64,000 nt of DNA from an uncultured Planctomycetota bacterium. GTDB taxonomy: Bacteria; Planctomycetota; PLA2; JAEUHO01. Made by a program: the position numbers and the translations under genes. Positions within the stretch are counted from its first letter, which is position 1. Each line of letters starts with the position of its first letter. The DNA lies in contig CAVVXN010000004.1 of NCBI GenBank assembly GCA_963752285.1, positions 160,001 through 224,000 of the forward strand, read 5' to 3'. Under the pieces are notes generated by a model, which made no database searches, had not been told where the DNA came from, and was given only the letters and a program-made list of their open reading frames with translations. Of this stretch, positions 29,758 to 39,800 are shown one piece after another.

Positions 29758-30338
29758 CGCGGGGGCACGAGGACCGTCCGCACCTCGACCTCCTCGAGAC
29801 CCGCGAGCAACACGTCCCGCACGGCCTGCTCCCCGAACCGGTAGTAGTCGCCCGGGAACCGGTGCACCACGAGCGTCGGCGTCGAGGCCGAGAGCGCGTC
29901 GGCCCAGGCGCGGAGCGGTCGGCCGAGCAGCGGCACGCTGGCCATCGCGCCAACGAGACGGGCGCCGCGCGTGAGGCGCCTGGGGCCGTAACCCGGCACG
30001 CCGATCGCCACGAGCGCGCCCGGACGCGCGACGCGTCGGATCTCGGCGAGCGTCAGCCAGAAGCGGGGGTCGTGCTCGAGGACGGAGTTCGTGAGCACCG
30101 TGTCGAACCGTGCGTCCTCGAAGCAGGAGAGGTCGTTTGCGTTCGCCCGCAGGATCTCGAAGTCGGCGTGGCGGGAGGGACCGTCGAGGGCAACCCCGAC
30201 CTTCTCGGTCGCGCCGGCCAGGGCGGGCAGGCAGAGGAGGGCTTCGGGGCCGGGCACGGCCCCGATCTCGAGGACCGCGCCGCCCGCGCCCCGTGCGCGA
30301 CAGACGCTCTCGAACTCGGCGAAGACCCTCTCGTGCAC
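29637..30338 (-). CDS. Class I SAM-dependent methyltransferase (start could be 30377)
   Basis: VLEIGA, FEDARFDTVLTNSVLEHD, EIRRVARPG, HRFPGDYYRF. Confidence 0.85.
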   Translation of the reverse strand: MHERVFAEFESVCRARGAGGAVLEIGAVPGPEALLCLPALAGATEKVGVALDGPSRHADFEILRANANDLSCFEDARFDTVLTNSVLEHDPRFWLTLAEIRRVARPGALVAIGVPGYGPRRLTRGARLVGAMASVPLLGRPLRAWADALSASTPTLVVHRFPGDYYRFGEQAVRDVLLAGLEEVEVRTVLVPPRYVGAGRRPGPEVPDARPDGIANRSRRSGRSHGPSSQPSA

Positions 30339-30451
30339 GGCCGCCCCCGGGCCCGCGGAGCATACGGGAGCGTGCACCGCCCGACAACGCGACGTGTCGT
30401 CCGGCCCGGGTCCTTGCCGGAACGTCCGCGCGACGCGATGATCCGCGCTCG

Positions 30452-31555
30452 ATGCGCTTCCTCTTCGCCACCGGCGAGCGATACCCGCCCGAGGTCCACG
30501 GCGGCGCCGAGGTGTCGATCGACGAGCTCGTGGGCGCGCTCCTCGCGCGGGGCCACGGGTGCGAGGTCGTCGCGGGCCTCGGTCGCGGGCTTCGCCGGCT
30601 GCGCTACCGCCTCTGGCGCGCGCGGACCGGCTTCGCCCGGGTCGGCCGCCGGGACGCGGCGAACGGCTACGGCACGGTGCGCGCCCGCCGGCACGACGTC
30701 CGGGCGGCCCTCGCGGAGCGCCTCGGGGCGTTTCGCCCCGACGTCGTCCTGGCGTGGAACGCGTGCGGGCCCGCGCTCGCCGCGGACGCCGCCGCGGCCG
30801 GCGCCCGCGCGATCCTCTGGCTCCCGGACGCGACCCTCCGCCCCGAGGCCGGGCCGGTCCCGCCCGGGGCCCTCGTCGCGGCGGCGTCCCGGTTCGTCGC
30901 GGAACGGGCCGAGCGACGCCTCGGCCGCCCCGTCTCCGTGCTGCGACCGCTGGTTTGCCGGGAGCGTTACCGGTCCGCCCGGCGGTGGCCCGAGATGGTC
31001 ACGCTCGTGAACCCGCTCCCGACGAAGGGCGTCGAGGTGGCCCTCGGCGTCGCACGCCTGCTGCCCGAGCGCGCGTTCGCTCTCGCCGTGCCCCGCGGCT
31101 TCCCGGGCGGGGCCCGCGCGGTCCGACGGCTCGCGCGGCGCAGAGCACGAAACGTCCGCGTGATCGGGCCGTTCCTCGACATGCGCGAGGTCTACGCGCG
31201 CACGGCCGTGCTGCTCGTCCCCTCGCAGTGCGAGGACGCGTCCCCGCGTGTCGTGCTCGAGGCGCACGCGAACGCGATCCCCGTGGTCGCGAGCCGCGTC
31301 GGTGGGATCCCCGAGATCGGCGGCGACGCCGCGGTGCTCCTCCCTCCCGACGCGCCGCCCTCGGCCTGGGCGGAGGCGGTGGAGCGACTGCTCTCGGACG
31401 AGGCGCATCGCGAGGACGTCGCGCGGCGCGGCCTCGAAAACGTGGCGCGGGCCGAGCTCCGCCCGGAGGAGGTGGTCGAGTCGCTCTTGCGGCTCGCGAC
31501 CGCGCCCGTCGGCTCGTCTCGCGACGCGGCACGGGCCCCGGTGGGCGGCGCGTGA
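30452..31555 (+). CDS. Glycosyltransferase family 4
   Basis: YPPEVHGGAE, KGVE, VPSQCEDASPRVVLEAHANAIPVVASRVGGIPE. Confidence 0.9.
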   Translation: MRFLFATGERYPPEVHGGAEVSIDELVGALLARGHGCEVVAGLGRGLRRLRYRLWRARTGFARVGRRDAANGYGTVRARRHDVRAALAERLGAFRPDVVLAWNACGPALAADAAAAGARAILWLPDATLRPEAGPVPPGALVAAASRFVAERAERRLGRPVSVLRPLVCRERYRSARRWPEMVTLVNPLPTKGVEVALGVARLLPERAFALAVPRGFPGGARAVRRLARRRARNVRVIGPFLDMREVYARTAVLLVPSQCEDASPRVVLEAHANAIPVVASRVGGIPEIGGDAAVLLPPDAPPSAWAEAVERLLSDEAHREDVARRGLENVARAELRPEEVVESLLRLATAPVGSSRDAARAPVGGA

Positions 31556-32550
31556 ACCTCGAGGGCCGCACCGTGCTGGTGACGGGATCGGCCGGGTTCA
31601 TCGGCAGCCACGTCGTCGAGACCCTCGTCTCCCGCGGGGCGCGCGTCCGCGCGTTCACGCACTATCGCGCCCTCGGTTCGCGGGGCTGGCTCGACGCGCT
31701 CTCGCCCGCGACGGAGGACGCGCTCGAGATCGTCGCCGGGGACGTCCGCGACGGATTCTCGCTCCTCGACGCGACCGACGGCGCGAGCGCGGTCCTCCAC
31801 CTCGCGGCGCTCGTGGGCGTGCCGTACTCGTACGAGAGCCCGGCGTCGTTCGTCGCGACGAACGTGACGGGCACGCTGCACGTCCTGGAGGCGGCGCGCC
31901 GCCGCGCGGTCGAGCGGGTGGTCGTGGTCTCGACCTCCGAGGTCTACGGCACCGCGCGCCACCCGCCGATCGACGAGGACCACCCGCTCCAGGCCCAGTC
32001 GCCCTACGCGGCGAGCAAGATCGGCGCCGAGAAGCTCGCCGAGGCGTATGCCCGGACCTACGGACTCCCCGTCGTCGTGGCCCGCCCCTTCAACACGTAC
32101 GGACCGCGCCAGTCCGCGCGCGCGATCGTCCCGGCGATCCTCGGGCAGCTCCTCGCGGGCGCGCGCGAGGTGCACGTCGGGAACCTCGAGCCGCGGCGGG
32201 ACTTCGTCTTCGTGCGGGACACGGCACGCGCGCTCGCCGACCTCCTCTCGTGCGACGAGGCGATCGGCACGGTGGTGAACGTCGCGACCGGCGTGGACGT
32301 GTCCGTCGGCGAGCTCGCGGCGCGCATCGTGGCGCGCGTTCGCCCGGGCACGCCCGTCGTCCGGGACGACGTTCGATCGCGCCCGTCGTCGTCCGAGGTC
32401 GAGCGGCTCCAGGGATCGGCGGCGCGGCTCGAGGCCCTGACGGGCGCGCGGCCGGCGGTCGATCTCGACGCGGGCCTCGACGAGACGATCGCCTGGTACG
32501 CGGAGCCGGGTCGCGTGGACCCGCGCTCGGCCTCGGCCTACTCGATCTAG
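31552..32550 (+). CDS. NDP-sugar 4,6-dehydratase (LegB-like extended SDR)
   Basis: TGSAGFIGSH, HLAALVGVPYSY, STSEVYG, QSPYAASK, RPFNTYGPRQSARA. Confidence 0.9.
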   Translation: MNLEGRTVLVTGSAGFIGSHVVETLVSRGARVRAFTHYRALGSRGWLDALSPATEDALEIVAGDVRDGFSLLDATDGASAVLHLAALVGVPYSYESPASFVATNVTGTLHVLEAARRRAVERVVVVSTSEVYGTARHPPIDEDHPLQAQSPYAASKIGAEKLAEAYARTYGLPVVVARPFNTYGPRQSARAIVPAILGQLLAGAREVHVGNLEPRRDFVFVRDTARALADLLSCDEAIGTVVNVATGVDVSVGELAARIVARVRPGTPVVRDDVRSRPSSSEVERLQGSAARLEALTGARPAVDLDAGLDETIAWYAEPGRVDPRSASAYSI

Positions 32551-32817
32551 ACCGGACAAACCATGAACCTACGTGAATCACGCGGCCCTGCGCACGCCAG
32601 AACCCCGATGGCGGCGTCCTTCGTCGTCGGCGACCCCCGATCCTGGGCCGGGACGGGAGGTCGCCTCCTCCCGACGCCTCGCCCTCGGGGCCCGGGCGCA
32701 CAGAGGACACCCTGTCGGGGAAGGCGTGATCGCCCCGCGGTCGCAACGCGAGCCTGCATCGACGCTTCTGTCGAACACGTCGCGTGCTCCATGGGTCATC
32801 CCGGTTAGGAAGAACTC

Positions 32818-33531
32818 GTGCGTGCGGTCATCCTCGCGGGCGGCGCGGGCGCCAGGCTGCGTCCCTACACCGCCACCATCCCCAAGCCTCTCGTGCCGAT
32901 CGGGGGCGAGAAGCCGATCCTCGAGATCGTGCTCCGCCAGCTCGCGCGCGCGGGATGCGCGCGGGCCACGCTCGCGGTGGGCGGCGGGTCGGCCTCGCTC
33001 GTGCGCGCGTTCTTCGGCGACGGCGAGGCGGTCGGCGTCCCGCTCGACTACGTCGTGGACGCGAGCCCCCTCGGCACGGTGGGCCCCCTCACCCTGATCG
33101 AGGACCTCCCCTCGCACGTCCTGGTGATGAACGGGGACGTCCTGTCCGACCTCGACCTTCGCGCCTTCTACGAGGCCCACGTCGCGCGCGGCGCCGCCGC
33201 CACCGTCGCGGCCTGCTACCGGTCGGTGCGCGTGGACTTCGGCGTGATGGGGTGCGATGAACGTGGCGTGCTGGTCGAGTTCTCGGAGAAGCCGAGCCAC
33301 GACGTCCTGGTCAGCATGGGCATCTACTGCCTGCGGTGCGAGGCGCTCGCGTGCGTGCCTCGCGGGACGCCGTACGGGTTCGACGACCTCATGCGGGACG
33401 GGATTCGCCGCGGCGATCGGATCGACGTCGTGCGACACGACGGCTTCTGGCTCGACATCGGGCGCCCGGAGGACTACGACCGCGCGAACGAGCTCTACCC
33501 CGCGCTCCGCGATCGCCTCGACCCGGCATGA
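32818..33531 (+). CDS. Sugar-phosphate nucleotidyltransferase
   Basis: AVILAGGAGARLRPYT..PKPL, PLGTVGPL, VMNGD, WLDIGRPEDY. Confidence 0.92.
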   Translation: MRAVILAGGAGARLRPYTATIPKPLVPIGGEKPILEIVLRQLARAGCARATLAVGGGSASLVRAFFGDGEAVGVPLDYVVDASPLGTVGPLTLIEDLPSHVLVMNGDVLSDLDLRAFYEAHVARGAAATVAACYRSVRVDFGVMGCDERGVLVEFSEKPSHDVLVSMGIYCLRCEALACVPRGTPYGFDDLMRDGIRRGDRIDVVRHDGFWLDIGRPEDYDRANELYPALRDRLDPA

Positions 33532-34499
33532 CGCGCGCCGTCGTCACGGGCTCGACCGGGTTCACGGGGCGTCACCTCCTCGCGGAGCTCGAAGCGCGCG
33601 GGATCGAGGCGGTCCGCGTGAGCCTGCGGCGGCACGGACCCGGCGTCACCACCGTGCGCCTCGCGTCCCGAGGCGCGTGGGAGGAGCTCTTGGGAGGCGT
33701 CGGGCCCGACCTCGTGTTCCACCTCCACGGGTCCTTTGAGGGGGAGGACGCGTCGGAGCTCGTCCGCCACAACGTCGCGCCGGCGGCGGCGCTCCTCGAC
33801 GCGGCGGCGCGCGTCGGGTCTCGCGCGTCGATCCTGCTCGTCGGGTCGGCGGCGGAGTACGGGCCGCTCGCGCCCGGCCGAGGGCCCGTGACGGAGGACG
33901 CGCCGCTTCGGCCGACCACGCTGCTCGGGGTCACCAAGGCCGCGCAGACCGGGCTCGGCCTCGCCGCGGCCCGGACCCGCGGGCTCGTCGTCGTCGTCGC
34001 GCGGCCCGCGAACCTGGTCGGTCCCGGCGCGGCCGAGACCACCGCGGTCGGCGCCTTCGCGGCCCGTCTCGCCGACGTCGCGGCCGGACGCGCGCGCGTC
34101 GTGCGCGTGGGCCCCCTCGACACGACGCGCGACCTCGTGGACGTGCGCGACGCCGTCCGCGCGTACGTGGCCCTGGCCCTCGCGCCGCGCGCCCGGGGGC
34201 AGGTGGTCCACGTGGCGACGGGACGGGCGACGCCGATGCGCGAGGTCTTCCTAGGGCTCGCGCGCCGGCTGGGCGTGTCGTGTCCGGTGGAGGAGGATCC
34301 GGCGCTTGGGCCCGCACGCTCCGCCGACCAGCCGGCGTTCACGGCGAGCGTGGACCGCCTGCGGGACCTGGTGGGGGAGGTCCCGGCGACGCCGCTCTCG
34401 GTCACGCTCGACGACGTGGCCCGTGCCGTCGAGGTCGGGCCGGGCCGCGCGGGCGCGGGCTCGGGCGCGGGCGACGGGCCGCGCTCACCGGTCGTGTGA
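33528..34499 (+). CDS. NAD-dependent epimerase/reductase (Rmd-like)
   Basis: TGSTGFTGRHL, GSAAEYG, RPANLVGPG, RDLVDVRDAVRAY. Confidence 0.82.
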   Translation: MTRAVVTGSTGFTGRHLLAELEARGIEAVRVSLRRHGPGVTTVRLASRGAWEELLGGVGPDLVFHLHGSFEGEDASELVRHNVAPAAALLDAAARVGSRASILLVGSAAEYGPLAPGRGPVTEDAPLRPTTLLGVTKAAQTGLGLAAARTRGLVVVVARPANLVGPGAAETTAVGAFAARLADVAAGRARVVRVGPLDTTRDLVDVRDAVRAYVALALAPRARGQVVHVATGRATPMREVFLGLARRLGVSCPVEEDPALGPARSADQPAFTASVDRLRDLVGEVPATPLSVTLDDVARAVEVGPGRAGAGSGAGDGPRSPVV

Positions 34500-35759
34500 G
34501 CGGAGCGCGCGCGAGAGCGTCAGCAGGAGCCGGTGGGCGCCGGTGCGGACCGAGCGCGCGGTCCGCCACGCGAGCTTCACGTGGTGGCGCTCGACGCGCC
34601 GGGCGAGGTCCGTGGACTCCGTTCGCCACGCGGCCGCCGCGTGGAGGTGGACGGCGGCCAGCGAGCGCGCCGTCGTCCGGCGCCACGCCGTGAAGCCGCG
34701 ACGTTCGCCCCGGCGCGCCAGCGCGCCGAGCACGACCGCCGTCCAGGCGCGGCGGAAGAGGAGATCGGACGCCTCGAGCGTCGGCGGGGCGGACGCGACC
34801 TCGCGCGGGCTCGGGGCGGTCGCCCCAGGGTCTCCCGTCGGCGGCGCGCGGCGCGGCGGCGTGCGGGGCGGCGGCGCGCGCCGCGCGGTGTCGAGCCACG
34901 ACAGGGCCTCCGACTCGACGCGGCCGAGGGTCAGCGCTTCGATCGAGGGGTACCGACGGGCGAAAGGATGACGGTCGCCCGGCCAGTCGGGCGCCGCGTC
35001 GATCACCCGCACCGCCGGGCCCTTCGGCGCGTAGACGCGCGGCTCCGTGGGCCCGAAGAGGAGGAGGCACGGCGTCCCCAGGGCGGCCGCGAGGTGGCTC
35101 ACGCCGGAGTCGTTTCCGAGGTACGCGCGGGCGTCGCGGAGCACGCCGAGCAGCGCCTCGGGCGGGAGCGCGAACCGGGCGTCGTGTGCGCGCTCCCATC
35201 CGTCTTCGCTCCGGTCCCGCTCGGTGCCCACCACGGTCAGCCTGTGACCCCGCGCCGCGAGGCGGCCCGCGAGGGCCGCCCAGTGTGGCCAGCGCTTGAA
35301 GCGCGCGGCCGGATCCGAGCCCGCGTGCACGACGAGACTTCCCGAGGCGAGGTCCGACGGTCCCCTCGGAAGCGCGAGCGTGGCCGGCGGCGCGACGTCG
35401 AGCCCGAGCGCGTGGGGGAGCGCGAGGTGGGCGTCCGAGAGACCGTGACGCGCGATGTGGTCCACGAGGACGCGGAGGCCCAGCGGTCGCGGCAGGCGCC
35501 GCACCGCCTCGCCGGGCCCGTGGCACGCGAGGCCGAGGTCGTACTCGTCCGGATCGACCTGGTGGGCGTCCGTGAGCACGCGGGCGAGCGCCGCGTGGCC
35601 GCGGAAGAGCGCGGCGAGGCTCGTGGCCTCGGGCCGGTTCACCAGGAGGTCCACGTCGAAGCCGAGGAGCCACATCGCGTGGCCAGCCCGCGACGCCACG
35701 ACGACGTCCCCCAACCCGTAGCCGGCCTCGACGAGGAGGCGGGGGCGGTCGTACGTCAC
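34485..35759 (-). CDS. Glycosyltransferase family 9 (heptosyltransferase-like) with C-terminal extension
   Basis: GLGDVV, HAGS..KRWP, GNDSGVSHLAAALGTP..LFGPT. Confidence 0.85.
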   Translation of the reverse strand: MTYDRPRLLVEAGYGLGDVVVASRAGHAMWLLGFDVDLLVNRPEATSLAALFRGHAALARVLTDAHQVDPDEYDLGLACHGPGEAVRRLPRPLGLRVLVDHIARHGLSDAHLALPHALGLDVAPPATLALPRGPSDLASGSLVVHAGSDPAARFKRWPHWAALAGRLAARGHRLTVVGTERDRSEDGWERAHDARFALPPEALLGVLRDARAYLGNDSGVSHLAAALGTPCLLLFGPTEPRVYAPKGPAVRVIDAAPDWPGDRHPFARRYPSIEALTLGRVESEALSWLDTARRAPPPRTPPRRAPPTGDPGATAPSPREVASAPPTLEASDLLFRRAWTAVVLGALARRGERRGFTAWRRTTARSLAAVHLHAAAAWRTESTDLARRVERHHVKLAWRTARSVRTGAHRLLLTLSRALRSHDR

Positions 35760-35825
35760 GGCGCCCCCGCCCGGTCCCGCGGGCACGCGCCGACTGTCGT
35801 CAAGCGTCGCACCCGCCTCCCGGGG

Positions 35826-37031
35826 TCATCGCGAGATCTGGAGGAGGACCGACACCGACGGGCCGTCGGCGTTCGCGACGACGACGTCCGGAAGGAAGTC
35901 GTGGCTCACGTCGGCCGCCCCCACGCTCAGCGGGGTCGCACCGACGGTGAAGCGCCGCGGCGTCGGCGGCGTGAATTGGCCGGTCCCGAGGCCCAGCGCG
36001 ACCTCCACCTCGTTCGTCCCGGGCCGCGTCCAGACCAGGTCGCGACGACCGTCGAAGTCGAGATCGATGGAGACGAGCCCGGCGGGCGCGGGGTCGGCGG
36101 GCCAGGACGTCACGACCGGCGGCGAGAAGGCGCCGTTTCCGAGTCCCGGAAGGCACACGAGCTCGGGGCCGTTCGACGACGGCGCGGCGAGGTCCACGAA
36201 CCCGTCGCCGTTGAAGTCGCCCACCGCGACGCGGGAGAGCACGTCGGCGCCCGTGTCGAGGAGGGCGCCGATCTGCGGCACGCCCGCCAGGCTGACGAGC
36301 CGGAGCTCGACCTTCGAGGTGTTCGCGAGCGTCACGACGATGTCGCTCCGGCCGTTCCGGTCGAAGTCCGCGCACGTGACGGCCAGCGGCCCGTCCGGCT
36401 CGTTCAGGATCGGCCCCGGATCCAGGGAGCCGGTGCCGTCGTTCATCATCAGGTTCAGCGTGCCGGCCGAGAGGTCGGCCACGACGAGATCGGGACCGTT
36501 CTGCCCGTCGAAGTCGCCGACGGCGAGCGCCGTGGGTTGGAGGTCGGGCGCGACGGGGAACTCGAACGAGAAGCTGGCGAACACGCGGAAGGACACCTGC
36601 GGATACACGACGACCACACCGGACGGTTGCATGGTCACGTCGTCGTGACCGGCCACCGCGACGTCCACGCGCCCGTCTCCGTCGAAGTCGGCGAGCCGAA
36701 CCTCGGTGGGGTCCGACGGGGCGAGGAAGGGCGAGCCGGGCGCTTCGGTGAAGGTGCCGTCGCCCACGCCGAAGAAGATCGACACCAGGGCCGACGTCCG
36801 ACTCGAGACCGCGAGGTCGCCGACGCCGTCTCCGTCGATGTCGCCCACGGCGAGGTTCTCCGGGCCCGCCGGGACAGGGAAGCTCGGAGGGACCGCGGGC
36901 GTAAACGTGCCGGTGCCGGCGATGGTCCTGCCCCCGCCGCCGCCGCCGCATCCGACGGCGACCGCGACGAGGAGGAGGAGCCCCGTCACCCCGCCTCGCC
37001 GGAAGAGAATCGATCCCGATCTGCGAATCAT
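35826..37031 (-). CDS. FG-GAP/VCBS repeat lipoprotein
   Basis: Lipobox AVG-C followed by poly-Gly; seven DxDGDG-type repeats. Confidence 0.88.
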   Translation of the reverse strand: MIRRSGSILFRRGGVTGLLLLVAVAVGCGGGGGGRTIAGTGTFTPAVPPSFPVPAGPENLAVGDIDGDGVGDLAVSSRTSALVSIFFGVGDGTFTEAPGSPFLAPSDPTEVRLADFDGDGRVDVAVAGHDDVTMQPSGVVVVYPQVSFRVFASFSFEFPVAPDLQPTALAVGDFDGQNGPDLVVADLSAGTLNLMMNDGTGSLDPGPILNEPDGPLAVTCADFDRNGRSDIVVTLANTSKVELRLVSLAGVPQIGALLDTGADVLSRVAVGDFNGDGFVDLAAPSSNGPELVCLPGLGNGAFSPPVVTSWPADPAPAGLVSIDLDFDGRRDLVWTRPGTNEVEVALGLGTGQFTPPTPRRFTVGATPLSVGAADVSHDFLPDVVVANADGPSVSVLLQISR

Positions 37032-37125
37032 CGCGAAACCTCCACCGGCCCGGGCGGCAGTCTACCCGAGCGGGATCCGCGCAGCCGGGGTTCCGTCGGT
37101 CGTGCGCCGCCGGGCGCGCCGCGGC

Positions 37126-37992
37126 TCACCCGCAGCAGGCCGAGCGCGCCGCCGGAGGACGCACGGCGCGGACCTTCAGCGAGACGACCGAGCCGAACGC
37201 CTGCTGCTCCGGGCTCTCGGGATCGAGGTCCGCGGGCTCGTACCGGTCCTCCGCGAGGATCTGGACGTCCACGAACCCGGCCTCCTCCAGCATGCGGAGG
37301 AAGTCGCCCTCTAGCGCGGCCCCGGCGACGCAGTCCACGTAGAGCGCCGCGCGTTCGCAAAGGGATGCGTCGAGCGGCCGCGTGAGGACCAGGTCGCTCA
37401 CGACGAGCCGGCCCCCGGGCTTCAAGACCCGCAGGGCCTCGCGGAGCACCTGGGGCTTGTCGGGCGACAGGTTCACCACGCAGTTCGAGACGATCAGGTC
37501 GATCGACGCGTCGGCCACCGGCAGGTGCTCGATCTCGCCGAGGCGGAAGGTCACGTTCGCGAGCCCTTCGCGCGACGCGATCTCCCGGGCGCGGGCGAGC
37601 ATGGACGGGGTCATGTCCACGCCGATGACCCGTCCCGTGTCTCCGACCCGGCGCGCGGCGAGGAAGCAGTCGATGCCGGCGCCCGAACCCAGGTCGAGCA
37701 CGGTCTCGCCGGGCCGCACGTCGGCAAGCGCGACCGGGTTGCCACAGCCCAGGCCGAGGTTGGCGCCGTCCGGCAGGGCCGCGGCATCGTCGCCGTCGTA
37801 CCCGATGCGGGGAAGGACCGCGTCCGGGTCCGCCTTTCCGCAACACCCGCCCACGGCGGAGGGGCGCCGATCGGCGATCGCGCCGTAGTGCTCGCGGACG
37901 GTGGCGCGGAGCGCGTCGTCGGACGCGGGGCGCGCGGCGTCCTTCCCCGCGCCGCCGCAGCAGGAGGAGGAAGGGGAGGCCGGTCGTTCCAT
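37126..37992 (-). CDS. arsM: Arsenite methyltransferase
   Basis: LGLGCGNP, VLDLGSGAGID, SNCVVNLSPDK, CVAGA and N-terminal CC pairs. Confidence 0.88.
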   Translation of the reverse strand: MERPASPSSSCCGGAGKDAARPASDDALRATVREHYGAIADRRPSAVGGCCGKADPDAVLPRIGYDGDDAAALPDGANLGLGCGNPVALADVRPGETVLDLGSGAGIDCFLAARRVGDTGRVIGVDMTPSMLARAREIASREGLANVTFRLGEIEHLPVADASIDLIVSNCVVNLSPDKPQVLREALRVLKPGGRLVVSDLVLTRPLDASLCERAALYVDCVAGAALEGDFLRMLEEAGFVDVQILAEDRYEPADLDPESPEQQAFGSVVSLKVRAVRPPAARSACCG

Positions 37993-38005
37993 CGCGAGGC
38001 TCCTA

Positions 38006-38038
38006 CGACGTTCTGCCGACGTTCTGCCGACGTTCTGC
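38006..38038. repeat. Three perfect tandem 11-bp repeats (CGACGTTCTGC) in the arsM leader
   Basis: Copies start at 38006, 38017 and 38028. Confidence 0.9.
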
Positions 38039-38097
38039 TCGTCTTCGTGACTCTACGCGCCGCGCGGCGGCGCGCCGCGCCCGCGCCGACCGGGTGG

Positions 38098-39741
38098 TCA
38101 GTGGGGGAGCACGACGCGGACCGCGCCGTCGGCGTCGTCGCCCTCGGCCTCGGCGCGGAGGACCACGCCCTCCTTCGGCAGCGTGTCGGGCAGCGAGAGC
38201 CTGACGGAAAACGTCCCACCCTTCGCCGTCGTAACGGCCTCGACGATCGTCCGGTCGTTCGCGCGCCTCCGTCGGGCGAGGATCGCGGCGTCGCGCGCGG
38301 GCCCCTCCGCCTCGGGGATCGGCGGGGCGTCCGGCGGCTCTACGCCGAACGGACGCTCGACCGCGACGCGGACGCGCACGTCGTGGTACGCGAGACGCTT
38401 CGGCAGCGTCCCCGAGACCTCGATCGACGCGGCGAGGTCGCCGATGCCGAGGGCGATCTCGGGCGGCTCGAGCGGCAGCTCCAGCGCGGGGTCGCCGAGG
38501 AGCATCCACATCTCGAGGTGCTCCTGGCGCACGACCTCGAGCGGCAGCTTTCCCCCCGAGCCGTCCGCGTGGTCGTAGAGCCACCAGATCAGCGGGCTGA
38601 TCGGACCCTTCCCGATCCCGCGCTTCATCGCGAGGTACCAGTCGCCGAGCCGACGAGGCGGGTCCGACGCGGCGAGGAGCGGGAGGAGGCCCTCGAACGC
38701 GAGCTTCCCCATCGCGCCGTCGCTCACGACGTGTGCGCCGACGACCGCGACGGGCCCGTGCGGAGCGCGGAGCGCGGCGAGACCGTACCCCTCGCCGTCC
38801 CACCCCGTGAGCTGGCACGTGTGGCATCCGCAGCTCAAGAGCACGCCGGCGGTGCCGCGCGGGGAGAGCCCGCTCCAGTCCTCGGTCGTGAAGAACCGGC
38901 GCCCGGACCAGAGCGCCCTCGCGTTCGAGTGCCCGAGGTAGACGGTGAAGAGCTGCCCCCCGTTCACGAGGTCCACGCTCTCCTTCTCGAGCGCTTCGTC
39001 GGGCACGAAGAACGGAGACCCCGGGACGTGGACGAGCGCGCGCGGGTACCAGATCGAGCCGAGCTTCTCGAATCGCGCGCTGACCTCGTGGTCGACGATG
39101 TACGCGGCGAGCTTCCGCTCGATCGGCGTCGTGCCGCCCGGGTTCCCGACGATCAGCGAGATCCGCCGCCGCCAGGGCCGGGGCGCGAGCTGCGCCTCGA
39201 AGACGATCGTCTTCTCGACCATCGTCTTCGCCTGCTCCACGGTGCGCGCGGGGAACCGACCGACGGCGATCTCGGGCAGACGGTCGTCGTCGAGCGAGCC
39301 GTACGGGTTGTCCGTGGGCTCCCCGCGCATCTTCTCGACCGTGCCCGAGAACGCCGGAACGACCGTGTCCGGGTCCGGGAGGCTCGGCGCGTCCTTCGCC
39401 GCGGCGCCCGACGTCGCCGGCACCGGCGGCGCGTCGATCGTGCCCACGAGGAGGACCCAGCAGTCGGGTCCGGCCGCGCGCGCGAGCTCGTCGATGCGCG
39501 CACGCACGCGCGCGGCGTCCGGCGCCTCGCCCGACGGACCCCTCAGGTCCGCGAGGTCCACGACCTCCACGTGACACGTCTCGCGGCGGTGCTCGACCAG
39601 CGGCTCGATCGCCTCGCGGAACGCCGGCGCCGTCACGACGATCCAGGTGGGCTCGTCCTTCGCGCCGGATCTCGGCGCGAGCGTCGCGACGAGGAGGACC
39701 GCGGTCGCGATCCGAGCGAGGATCCGGGTGGTCGTCCTCAT
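38098..39741 (-). CDS. Peptidase C25 (gingipain) family secreted protein
   Basis: WVLLVG, TDNPY, PEIAVGRFPA, YLGHS, CGCHT, WMLLGDPAL; signal peptide. Confidence 0.85.
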   Translation of the reverse strand: MRTTTRILARIATAVLLVATLAPRSGAKDEPTWIVVTAPAFREAIEPLVEHRRETCHVEVVDLADLRGPSGEAPDAARVRARIDELARAAGPDCWVLLVGTIDAPPVPATSGAAAKDAPSLPDPDTVVPAFSGTVEKMRGEPTDNPYGSLDDDRLPEIAVGRFPARTVEQAKTMVEKTIVFEAQLAPRPWRRRISLIVGNPGGTTPIERKLAAYIVDHEVSARFEKLGSIWYPRALVHVPGSPFFVPDEALEKESVDLVNGGQLFTVYLGHSNARALWSGRRFFTTEDWSGLSPRGTAGVLLSCGCHTCQLTGWDGEGYGLAALRAPHGPVAVVGAHVVSDGAMGKLAFEGLLPLLAASDPPRRLGDWYLAMKRGIGKGPISPLIWWLYDHADGSGGKLPLEVVRQEHLEMWMLLGDPALELPLEPPEIALGIGDLAASIEVSGTLPKRLAYHDVRVRVAVERPFGVEPPDAPPIPEAEGPARDAAILARRRRANDRTIVEAVTTAKGGTFSVRLSLPDTLPKEGVVLRAEAEGDDADGAVRVVLPH

Positions 39742-39800
39742 CCGCTTCCTCCGTCCAGGTTCACGTCCCGGACTCTACGACGATCGCGAGGCGCGCGCCG

